From Antedon mediterranea (Eukaryota; Animalia; Echinodermata), in the NCBI RefSeq assembly GCF_964355755.1, contig NC_092670.1:29252388-29316387 (forward strand): a stretch of DNA of 64,000 nucleotides, given 5' to 3'. The translations under genes and the position numbers were made by a program. This document shows, one piece after another, positions 52,423 to 64,000 of this stretch (position 1 is the first letter of the stretch; each line of letters begins with the position of its first letter). The notes beneath the pieces are model-generated. The model did not search any database. It saw only the letters and a program-made list of their open reading frames with translations, and had not been told where the DNA came from.

Positions 52423-53676
52423 TGTAACGAAAATCTGTGTTCTTCCGGGTTTGTTCCCTTTTGGGGGAGGGGTCTGCGGTACTATATACACTCAAACAAA
52501 AGAGATAAATCAATTACATTTACAACTTGTGGAGTGGTCTCCTTTATTCTTTCTATGATTCCAAATTATAAGTGACAACCGATTAAAATAATTAATTTAG
52601 ATTAGTGTTGATCTTACGCCGGATTTGAAACAACAGCGTAACCAACAGAAACGGCGTAACCACCACAATGGCGTAACCTCCAACAGCAGCTTAACCACCA
52701 ACAATGGCGTAAACACCAACAACAGCGTAACCACCAACAATGACGTAACCACCAACAATGGCGTAACCACCAACAACAGCGTAACCACCACAATGGCGTA
52801 ACCTCCAACAGCAGCGTAACCTCCAACAGCAGCGTAACCTCCAACAATGGCGTCACCTCCAACAGCAATGTAACCACCAGCAATGGCGTAACCTCCAACA
52901 GCAATGTAACCACCAACAGTGGTGTAACCTCCAACAGCAATGTAACCACCAACAATGGCGTAACCTCCAACAGCAATGTAACCACCAAAAATGGCGTAAC
53001 CTCCAACAGCAATGTAACCACCAACAATGGCGTAACCTCCAACAGCAACGTAACCACCAACAAAGGCGTAACCACGTACCGGATAACAGGGTAACCACCA
53101 GTAGTCTTAACCACTGGCTAATAGGTGTACCCACCAGCAATGCAGTATCACAACCACAGGGTTTACCACGGACTAACTGTATCTCAAGCAGTAACACAAC
53201 CAGTAGGCGCAACCTCCGGCTCAGCTATGTCTCAAATAGTAATACAACCAGTAGGTGGAACCTCCGGCTCACTATGTCTCAAATAGTGATACAACCAGTA
53301 GGTGCAACCTCCGGCTCACTATGTCTCCAACAGTAACACAACCGGTAGGCTGTACCCTCCGGCTAACTTTACTTACTGTGTCTTAACTCTCCTTTTATTA
53401 TTCAACTCTAATTTCCTCTTTCTCTTTTCTCTAATCTTCTCTACACTTTGTTTTCCAATTTCTCTACTTATTTAACACGTCTTTTCCCTGGTTCTGCGCT
53501 TTTCCAGCTCCAATCTCTCCCTCCTTTTTAACGCAGCTCGAGTTCACCCTCCATTGCCTTCCTTCTCCAATCCCTCTCTGCCCTTTTTCTCACGTCCGTT
53601 CTCTGCTTCTCCTCCTGCCTAACTCTGCCTCCATCTGCCGCCCTCTATATATTTCTTCAACCCCAAAATCATTACA
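52423..53676 (-). mobile_element. Solo LTR (Gypsy-like) or Ginger-like element with internal minisatellites
   Basis: TGTAACGA...TCATTACA ends; 4-bp TSD GTAT (52419-22, 53677-80). Minus-strand TATA-like ~53650 and AATAAA ~52548. 15/30-bp repeats at 52630-53075 and ~50-bp repeats at 53175-53365. Confidence 0.8.
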
Positions 53677-54344
53677 GTATTTAATATTTCTGGTGCATTT
53701 ACAAACAATGGTATTTCTGTCTTGGCATGACAAAATGACAACACTTTTCAATTACCTTTCTTTTTTATCCCCTTTTTGGTTTATGTACACAATTTGTAAA
53801 CATCAAATATTATTAAGTCTGTAAGTGTGTGTGAAAAAAGTTTTGGGTGCGTGGTCAGATATTTTAACAGTTTTGTAAAGCTGTAATGAGTCTACTGTAC
53901 TTAATATTGTAGTGTATAATGAAATTAAGGTAGGGTACAGAATAATTATGGGGACATAAAGTATATTGGACGACTAGCTAGCTATTTTATCTACAAACTG
54001 TATTTGTTTATTTATAATTATATTTAATTAGTACTATTTTTCTATTGTTACAGACACGTTAAACACAAACACAAATCAATCGTACCCACAGTATTATACT
54101 CAGCCCCGTCCAGTTAAAGTTAAAAATCAGGACCTGAGTGATTATGGGGATGCCAACTACTACAGACGTGAACAGCCAAAGAACCAAGTAAGACGACACA
54201 CACTGGATTACTTGGGCGATACAAAATCGGTTGGTGCTCAGACCAAGGTGGGTATATTTTTGTATAACAAAATGAGTGTAGGTAACATATGATGCACAAC
54301 CTGGAATTTAAACCAAAGACCAAACAGCAAAGTCAGTGTATAAA

Positions 54345-55123
54345 CGTAGTAGACCTAGGCCCTAGTAGTAGGAAGGAGACCTAGCCGATCGGCCCAGTTA
54401 AAAATTGAGCTAGCTAGTGTAGTGGACCCTATGCGAATTGATACTACCATGCCTTTTACTATAGGCTACACTTGTTAAAATTAGCAATACAGTACTTATG
54501 TTTACAAATATTCCAACTCTCTCATTGGGGCTATATTATCTATACCATTCCGGTAGGTCGAGTCGACCTTCAATCAAATACTGTACATCGTTCATTTTGT
54601 GATTATAGACGGGGTATACTCGATCCGACCAGTTTGGTATTGTATACTGTATCTGCTTATCACATGACGATGCCAGGCATGGGCAGAGAGCACGTGTATC
54701 GTCGCCTCGCTCCTCAGCGGGAATGTACAGGATACATTACGCTTCATTGATTTTGAAGGCTTTTCCCTAAGTCAGTGCGAAAATCGGCAAACGTAAACTG
54801 AATTTCCAAATGATTTTACATAATTGTGATGAATTTTCATAGAAAATTGACTTTATAAATGGGAAGACCGACTAAAATTACATCAGATAAGTATAATTTT
54901 ACAAAAGTAATTGATATGGTTAATGATAATGAGTCGTTGGAAGATTGACCATTTCACAAATTTTATATTCTGTAACACAGTGTGATTTTGCCGTAGCTGC
55001 ACTTGTAATCTGGCCTCATTTCACAGTCTTCGTTCTGCTTCACTGGCCGCTTATATAAATAAATAAATAAACTTTTATATATTTTATATTTTTTACTATT
55101 CATGTTAAACCTGGAACCCCCCT
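54345..55123 (-). mobile_element. Inverted partial copy of the Kolobok-like element
   Basis: Reverse complement of 50821-~51580; ends GGAACCCCCCT + TTAA. Confidence 0.85.
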
Positions 55124-55982
55124 TTAAAATTAGCATGAGACTCAAAATCCAAAATGGCTGCTAAATTCCAAAATGGCCATCATATTCATGAATATAAAAA
55201 AGCGATAAGCATTTCTTAATAAAGGTATCTATTTTTTAGGTTTATCGAAAACCGAAACCAACCCATTCAACATAAATATCGAGAAATGTTGAAAATATTG
55301 AGAATTTGTAGTAGGGTCAGTCTAATCTTTTCAAGAAACCTTGATAACATGACCGCCCTATTTGTATTATAACTAATTATTGATAAGTTTTAGTGAGACA
55401 AATCTCGAAAACATGAGGGTCAACTAGCTAACATAATGTTGAGAATTGTTAGTTGGAGGTCTCCATTTCAATTCAAGATTTGTTTAAAAAATACAGAGAC
55501 CACCATCTAGAACACACAATATTGTGTAGGGCTTTTACAATTCATCGCATCAAGACCTCTCCCTCTAGAACACACTAGAAAAATGTTAATGGCGTCTTTG
55601 CCTTCAAGAAATTTGACCCCAGAGGAAATGTCTCGGGAGAAAAACCAGTAGTAGATGTCCAGGTGAAACATTTCCTTTGGAAAATGTCCATTGGAAAATG
55701 TGGAAGGCAAACAAACATTTTCAATTGTCTCCCACTAGAAATTCTCAATGTTGGGTTATAGGGTGGTTGCTATTGCCAGGACCTCTTGAAAACGAAGATC
55801 CTACTAAAAATATTTTCAATATCATATTTATACTGGGTCTTTGTTTTCCGGTTTTCGAAAACAGAGACTGCCACTAAAAGTTTTCAATATTATGTTCTAT
55901 GATTATTTTTTTTTTGTATTTTTTTGCAGTAAATTAGTATATTTTATGCACTTTAATTTGATATGATACAGTTGGTTTGTTC

Positions 55983-56155
55983 GGGTCTAGGATATCTACC
56001 CCCTGGACATCTACCACCCGGACAATAACCCCCTGGACAATCGCCCTCCTACAGTAGGACAACTTTCCCCTAGGGCAATTACCCTATAGGACAACTACCT
56101 CCTAGGACAACTTTCCTCTAGGACAATTACCCCCCAGGACAATTACCCCCTAGGA
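55983..56155 (+). repeat. 15/16-bp GGACAA(C/T)TACCCCCTA array
   Basis: Same motif family as 44198-44430. Confidence 0.75.
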
Positions 56156-56287
56156 AAACATTAATGAAGAAGAGGGTAGGCCTAAGATCCTAGGACTTGT
56201 GCCTGTCCACATTTTCCCCCCTTGGAATCTATCAATGTTTGATGAACATACTATAAATTTTTTTCCAAATGGTACAAATTCATTACA

Positions 56288-57341
56288 GTACTAGGACATT
56301 TTGCCGAATGCCATTTCGTCGACAGATATTTAGCCGACAGACATTTAGCCGACCGGACATTTAGTCGACAGGATATTTGGTCGACATGACATTTCGCCAA
56401 CAGTACATTTCAACAACAAGACATTTTGCCGACAACTATTTCGCCGACAGACAACTGGCCGACAGATAACTGGCCGACAAGACATTTCGCCGACAACTAT
56501 TTTGTCGACATAGGACATTTGCCGAATTGACATTACAAATTATTAACACTATGAAGCAAATAGGCCTATGTTTTTCTTTTTTATTTTGTTGGTAATTCGT
56601 TGATCTGCCACTCAGAAGTAAGGTATGAAAAATTATAGCGTATTTATTCGAATTTATGCCCGGATCATTTATTGTTCGGGAGTTGTTCATTCGAGGGAGG
56701 CCTTGATATGATATAATATGATAACATCTATAATCACATTAATTTCTCTAGATATAAAAAAAAAGTACAACACAAATCTCAAAAAGAGATAAAAGGTTTA
56801 TTACATGTGTCAGTAATTGTTTATATTTATTTTTTATTCTCTTCTTTATATTGACAGTATAGTAACACAGTAACACACACTTTAGGTTGGGTCTAAATTA
56901 ATGTACTCTTCAATGATTTAGAATAGCAAATGTAAGTTAAAAACCAAGAAGTCGACTATTATCTTCAAGATAAACATTCATCATAAATGGATTATTAATT
57001 TTTAATATATTCTTCTACTATAATGTGTTTCACCGAAATGGCGGTTTCAAATTGACAAAATCGATATATACTGTAGGCCTGGTAGGCCTACAGTTTAACT
57101 TGAGGCTAGTTTAACGTAGGCGTATAAATTGTTGTGTCAGAGTAGATTTGTTATATGAGTGTTTTTCATGCAAATTGGGGTATACTGTAAAGGCGAAATG
57201 TCCTGTCGGCGAAATGTCTTGTCTGCGAAATGTCCGGTCGATAAAATGTCCGGTCGGCGAAAAGTCTGGTTGGCAAATAGTCCGGTCGGCGAATAGTCTG
57301 TCGGTCAGTGGTCTGTCGCCACTTCAAAATGTCCCGTCACC
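56288..57341. mobile_element. MULE/foldback-like element with GACATTTCGCCGA subterminal arrays
   Basis: Arrays at 56295-56530 and inverted at 57192-57341; 9-bp TSD TTCATTACA (56279-87, 57342-50). Confidence 0.8.
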
Positions 57342-58709
57342 TTCATTACAGAGGATGTAATGCAGGAATGGACTAGTAACTATACTAGTATAGGTTAACA
57401 CTGAAAAGCCTTCCGTTTCCTCAATGCTATTTTTGTTTTTAGAGAGATTAGGTTTAATTAAAAGAGAATGAGACCTCACTTTTTAATAGTAAGCCTTCTC
57501 AAATTACCACCATACTAGGGTACCCCCACACTAAAATAGGGCCTGATTTTGAAATCTATTAATTTGTATTTCAAAAATGGAATGGGACTAATTAATTTAG
57601 AGTACTGTTAATTAATTCCACAATTTTATGAAAGAATCTAAAATTTGTTTCTCAAGCTACACACTTAGCCTGACATAAATCCCAGGCTAATAAGCCTGTG
57701 TACTTCCACTGGCCCAGTGCGGTGGAATAGCACTATGGACGAGTGCTACTATAGAGATTACAAGGTCATTACATCATACGTTCACTGGCACGTCAACGTA
57801 ATGTCAACTTAATCTAAATGTTCAAATATCTGTCGACGAGAACAGTCGACTACGACCCATGTGGACGTGGATGTCGTTCACTCAGTCTAAATGTCCCTAT
57901 TTTCACAATTAATATTAATGAAAGTTACTTTAAAACTTGTGCTTTAGAAATAAAAATAAAAAAATTTAAAATACAAATTGTTATTCATTTTATATTAGTT
58001 TAAACGTTACTCATTGAAGAGTTTACATTTTTATGAGAAACACTGTCCTACAAGAATGTTTTAAAAAAACTTCAGAGACAAAAATTGTGATATCTACCGT
58101 AAATAACAATGGTTATTATTTTGTGTTGATTAAAGTACATAATAGCTAGTGGTTTAAATTTCATATTTTCAAAGAAATTGATTTCTGATTTGATATGGCC
58201 ATGAGCTTGTTCTTTTATTAACTGTGAACAAATTAATGTGCAAATAACTGTATCCCACATGCCTACATTTTACTTGTAAAATCTGTTGTTAGACATGATC
58301 CAGACTTAATACATGAAAGTCCTTTAGCACCCCCTGTGATGTAATTGTAAAGATATGTCAAGACCCTAATTAGGACCATCTGTGTCGGACCAACAACACA
58401 CAGGATTATTTTCATTATTCAACAGTCTGTATTATAAAACACAAACTGAGGTTGAATCGAACACAGACTACCAGACTTGTTGTTTCAAATACTTGACTGT
58501 ATTGTTACATTTTAAATAGATTGCCTTTTATGTTTTTAAAGGATTTATACTTACACAGTGGATGAAAATAACATGACTACATGTTTTATTTTGAAGGTTT
58601 ATAAAGTAAATTATTTTATTGCAAGTTTATATTGGTGTTTGTTTAATTCTGAATATTCAATCTTTGATCTTGAAGGTAATTTCTAATTTTCTTTATTATG
58701 TTAAATAAA

Positions 58710-58896
58710 CTAGCAGTAATACCCGTCCAATGGACGGGCACCATCTTACATTGATTGTGAGGTTTGGGAACCAAAAAGGTAGTACAGTAAAATATAGTAC
58801 AATCCGGTTCACTGTTCCCTGGTACAATGCAGAATATACAAATCTGTAAATGGATGTATAGTGCAGAGGTACATTATACAGCATATATAATATTAG
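58710..58896 (-). mobile_element. Short non-autonomous Helitron
   Basis: Minus-strand 3' end: hairpin CCCGTCCA-T-TGGACGGG then TATTACTGCTAG|T. 5' end CTAATATTATATA is approximate. Confidence 0.65.
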
Positions 58897-61800
58897 TGTA
58901 CACTGTAAAATAAATGTTTGAAAAACATGCAGTCACAAAAAAGAAACAGAATCTCGTTAATATATTAATTTTTAATAATTATAATATATCTGTATGTTTG
59001 TCCTATTTTTTGTTTCTGTAAATATATTGAAATAATAGACGTTTATAAATTTATTAATGAATATTATTATGTCAGTTATTTTCCGTTTGGTATAGGACAT
59101 AATTCTGCATTTCATAATCGATAATAATAATAATAATGGAGAACAGTGACTTAGTTGAATGTGGTTGATATTCTTGCAGCCTCCTGTTGTTCAGTTGAAT
59201 TTCTTAATTGTTGGTGGTTTGTCTTTAAGATGAACGATAATGTATGTTGTCTGGTGGTGTAGGCCTAAAGTAGTAAATATGATTGCAACTTTATCCTCCT
59301 TGTTTGTACCTCCCTCCTTGTAGTCCCCACACTCTTTGAAAATAAATTACAGTACATAAAACAAATAATTAAAAATCCCCCAAAAATTAAATAACATAAT
59401 GTTAGTAGAAACATGAACAAGAATATAATATGTCAGTATTGTACTTATACCGCCCGTGAGATTAAATTGAAATGGTGTAGCGTCGGATGACAGTACTGCG
59501 CTGACCACACATGTGCTGCATCCTGTCTCGATATTGCTAATGACCCGCATAACCAAATTGTGACGTAGGAAAATGGCCGAAGATTACTAATCGCAAGGGG
59601 GTTCAGCAGATGCAAAGAATTAGACTAATGGATAATGGGACTGGGGAATTTAAAGGTGCCCGAGCTCTTCACTCTACCTTCTGTATGCCAGAGTAGGTAA
59701 GTTGAGAATTTTCAGCCTATCTTAATAAGGTAGAAGGTGTACTGAAAAAATAAGTTTGGTGGCTTGTTCCTAGACTACTCCAATAGATCTTCCTCCTCTA
59801 CAATGTAGTGAATTAAAAACGTTTACGTCTGCATATGTATTTGATTTATTTGAAACTACATTAAATTTACACAAACGAAAACACCATCGAAATAAATATA
59901 AAAACTGGTTGGGAAGTCCCATAATTGCATCAAAGAAATAGAAATGATAAAAGGCAAAATTATTAATGTACAAAATATTTTTTAACAATTGCTTCAGTAA
60001 AAACATAATTATTATTATATCAGTAATTAGTATTATTAATATAGGCCTACAATTTAAAATTCATGTAAACATTTGTATGTTGTAATAGTTAAGTACACTG
60101 TAGTCTAAACATAAAAATATTTTTTAACATCTTGAAAAACTTTGATATAGACATAACGTAAACATTGCATGGTTTCAATCAATTTTTAATTGACTGGAAA
60201 ATTTCCAACAAGGTAAGAGAGTTGAAGTTGTCAAAGCCCAGGTTAGAGTTTATGAATTTGATTGTGTTCAAGGCCTATTTAAAAGTAATGGAAAAACACT
60301 TTAGAATATATTTCAGAACAATGTCACTTGTTACAACCGCTAATGTAGAAAACGCCAGCTAATGTTGAAACAACCATTAATGTTTAAAACAATCCACTGC
60401 TAATGTAGTAAAACCTCCAGCTAATGTAGAAACAGCTTATAAAATCAACACCAAGGTGGTCGATTACGAGACGTGGTCGATTATGAAAAGCAGGATCATT
60501 ACGAGAGGTGGTCCTTTAAAACTGGTGGTCACTTACAAGAGGAGGTGATCCCTTACGAGAGGTGGTCGATTATGAGAAGCGGTCTCTTAACATAGTTAGT
60601 GGTCGTTTTACATTTTACGATGATATCGGAAATCGGTCTCGATATAATCAACTTCAGGCATTTTGTATGGCGCGCTGCTAAAACTATACTTTTGATGATA
60701 TCGGTCGCATTTGAAATCGGTCAAGTTTTTTTGCAGTTGCGCTATTTTGTATGCGAGTGAGATATAAATTTTCCATGTTTTTTTTATAGATATTGACATT
60801 TTTTTAGATTATTTAATTTTTGTGGATATTTTTTATTTGGTTAATAAATATTTATTATCAATAATTAAATTGTTTATTTTTTATTTTACAGGTCTGAGAG
60901 TAGGGTCTGTATCTTTCCACATGGTCATTTCTAAACACGTTTAAATATTATTTTAGGCATATTATGTTAAATCTATTTATGTGTAGGCCTACTGTAATTA
61001 ATATATTATAATAGAGAATATACGTCTGTCTTTTATTACTGTATGCAAACAATTACGTAAACGAGAACAATTTATTAAAAAATAATAATGTTTACAATGT
61101 GTAGCCAGTACAGCCAGCGTATCCATTTTTATATTTATCATCGATTGCATACTGTGGCGGCAGATATCATTTCCATCATATTATTTGATCTGACCTTATT
61201 TTTATTTCTATTTTATTTATATCCGTTATGTAGGATATATTAGGTGTATAATCACACATATATTTTTATATATAATGTTTAAAATAGTTTTTTAGTAAAA
61301 TGATCATAATATACGTATGGTTAAAAATCTTAAGATATTTTTCTTGTCTTTAAACGGTTAAAAATCAAATAATGTTGGCGGTCAACCTGACGCCGTGAGG
61401 TAATTTCCCGATTGATCGTAATCAAAACGGTACTGGGTTTGGCCTACTAGCGTTCCTGCTCCCAACTCCGTCATCCATTCTTAGAAGCTTTGATGAAGTA
61501 AGCCTACCTGATGGTGACTATAAAATGGTCCTGAGATAAACGACTATATTGAAATATTGGTTAGAGAGAGTATACAGTTTTTGATTACATTAGTGTAGAT
61601 GTGTGTCAAAGTCTATATTGAATTGATGTTTCGCGTAGTTGATCTGGTATATCAATTAGATTGTCATGTGATAAATTGGTTAATCCATGTCGTTATGGTT
61701 ATTAATCCATATAATTTTAAACATATTTTTAATAATAGTTATGATTATAATATTAATTTTTAAAATGATATTTGTTAAGTATAAATTTCATAACATAAAA

Positions 61801-62229
61801 ATATAGATATAAAGAAGAAAAGCAAAGAGATTATGGAGCGGCTATATCTGAATATACAATAATAAGTATCGTAAGTTTAATTTATAAATTTTAGGCGATC
61901 TTGTCAAAGGTCAGCGCTTATAGCCTGCCACGTTTCGATATTCAATATTGAACTTGACCTGACGTGGTTCCACAATATCTTTATATGAAAAATTAAAGAG
62001 TGTAGATAAATAATATTGGTTATTAATAATTAAAAATATATTTTTTTATTAAAATATTACAATAGGCATAGGTCTATATTAAATAGTCTTACCTTGTTTT
62101 AAAGAAGATAAAGATAATGGTTAAGATATCATACCCGTTTCTATGTTTTATCGTTTCGTTTCTCACCTTGTTTGAAAGTTGCATTGAAATTAAATTGGTA
62201 CAGTTTGTTTGTGTATGGATAAATTGGAT

Positions 62230-62628
62230 AAGCCTTTTTTTCATGTCGACGTTAGTCGACGCTATCATCGTTAATCATTAAAAGTTCAACGACGATCGTT
62301 TGAAAACGATCAAGTTGAAATTTTAACGATAGCGCGAACATTTGAATTCTAGCGTTGAACGTTAGAGTTGAAACTCCTGTCTTCTTTCTCGACGTCGTCG
62401 TAACACGCAAAAATGAATAGAGGACTCCCCTGCTTCTAGCAGTAGCTAGCTCACAGTGTAGGAGACGTGGGCCTAGGCATACTAATATCTCTATAGTGAT
62501 GGTTCTTCGTTCTCAGTAGTTCTCAAAGTACCTTTTCCTGTAAATCGTTAAAATTTCAATGTTTACGTAGAAAATCGCCGATTATTGTTAACGATAGCGT
62601 CGAATAACGTCGACAGGAAAACAGGCTT
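62230..62628. mobile_element. Harbinger-like MITE
   Basis: IR AAGCC....TTTC.TGTCGACGTTA.TCGACGCTATC / GATAGCGTCGAATAACGTCGACAGGAAAACAGGCTT. Confidence 0.7.
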
Positions 62629-62689
62629 TAATCAACGTCGTTTTGGTTGCATTACCTAAGTAGCTCGCTTCAAAAATTCTCTTGTAGAC

Positions 62690-63030
62690 GTTTCTAAGCC
62701 TAGCTTACGGTAGTTAGGCAGAATAGAATAGAATTGGCACAATCCATCCCCAAATTGAGGAAGACTTGGTATTTTCGCTGAAAAGATATGGTTCTTTTAT
62801 TTGTTTACCGTTTCACGCAATCGATCTAAGTGGTTGTATTACACCACAATATGAAAATATCAATCCGTGCGCGATGCATGTTGGGATTTATAGCGGGCCG
62901 CTAAAATCATTCGATTTTTGACCATTTAAAGATGATAAAAATGTTGCAATAGGTCCATATAGTATTTATTTTTACATAATATGTAGTGTGTGACCTTAAA
63001 TTAGGTAAAAAAATGTAGGTCTAGTGTCTT
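62690..63030 (-). mobile_element. Kolobok-like fragment, paralog of 34221-34620
   Basis: Shared GCGG(C)CC.CTATAAATCCCAACATGCATC block; TTAA at terminus. Confidence 0.6.
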
Positions 63031-63157
63031 TTAAACTATTTTTTCCCCTTCTCTCAAATGCTGGCGACTGGGAGAAGATCTAGATATCCTGTCGTGTTCC
63101 TCCCCCCCCCCCCCCCCCTATCAAAGGTATGGTCAAGATTGGAATTAAATTAGTTAA

Positions 63158-63690
63158 ATATGTATAGTCCCTTGAAACACAAAAAATGAAGGTCAAAAGA
63201 TTCTAAATTTAAATTGGCCATATCAAAGTAATATTAAAGTAATTCACTTTAAGTCGAAAATTCGAGCCAAAGACACCAAGTTTACGTAATTAACAGATAA
63301 ATTAATTTGATTACATTTCGTCTGGAAAATCGTCGCAAACAATAGTAAATTTCAAACAATGAGTATGCATTATGCATGATGCTAATTAGGATTGTTTACA
63401 ACTCCTCATGGTTGAGAAGGTGTTTTCACACAGATAGCGGGGAAGTTTTATGATTATGCATACAGAGTAGCCAAACAAGCATGTTGCATTATGTTGATCG
63501 AAAACTTTGACTGGAAGTCAAAGTTATTTTTTGAACAAAAAAACGTCTGTATTTCAGTTAAATTATTTTTTTTTTCGACTAATTTTTGGTGAAAATTGAT
63601 AACTATTATGATACTTCAAAATGACCAACTTTTGTTCAAAATATTTAAAAAAAAAATTTTGTTGGAATTAGTCAAAGGGACAATACATCT
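63158..63690. mobile_element. Kolobok-like MITE
   Basis: TTAA|ATATGTATAGTCCCTT ... AAGGGACAATACATCT|TTAG; same right end followed by TTAA at ~48534-48552. Confidence 0.65.
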
Positions 63691-64000
63691 TTAGGACAAA
63701 TACCATACCTTCTTTCATCTCCTTCTGTCCTCCCTACCAAATAAAATTAAACAGTATTTTACCAATTATTCATATTAACATATTCAGCCAGTTACAAAGC
63801 CACACAATATTGTTATAAATTATTTGCTTTGTCCTTAATTTGATTAATAGACCTATGCATTTCTTCAAATCTCTAATCAGATTTTACACTTGAAATTAAT
63901 TAATTACTACTGTTATTATTAGTGATAAGAAGATGCTATTCACGCTCTAATATTTTCAGTGTATATGGGATAGAATGAAAAAGATTGATAATGATTTTCA

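Noticed and set aside
52597-53212. Repeat proteins (LLVVTLLLEVTP, WWLHCC, or NGVTSNSNVTT mucin/ice-binding-like)
   Set aside because: Several frames are open because the unit is 15/30 bp, and it lies inside a TSD-flanked mobile element.
56345-57360. Cys/Arg-rich ORFs (KCPVGEMSC)
   Set aside because: Translations of 15-bp subterminal repeats of a TIR element.
57665-57690. Small palindrome TTAGCCTG...CAGGCTAA as an Academ-like footprint
   Set aside because: No matching TSD and no paralogous empty site in the window.

Overview
AT-rich eukaryotic (animal, probably invertebrate) genomic DNA, apparently intronic or intergenic. No complete host gene, rRNA, genuine tRNA or CRISPR array is supported, and most ORF-track entries are repeat artefacts. 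The window is a mosaic of non-autonomous DNA transposons (P-like, Tc1/mariner, MULE, hAT/hAT5, Kolobok, Harbinger, Helitron/Helentron, Crypton-like), a DIRS-like fragment, a solo LTR, SINE remnants and four minisatellites. The most notable item is a 2.5-kb element (217-2759) with ~28-bp TIRs and a 7-bp TSD. It carries two convergent genes: a zinc-binding domain resembling the RAG1 N-terminus, and a spliced acidic+PHD-finger gene. Six tiny TIR-remnant footprints with 7-bp duplications occur across the window, including a tandem pair, one in-frame in an exon, and one with a paralogous empty site. Family assignments come from terminal motifs and TSD lengths read by eye; no database searches were run.
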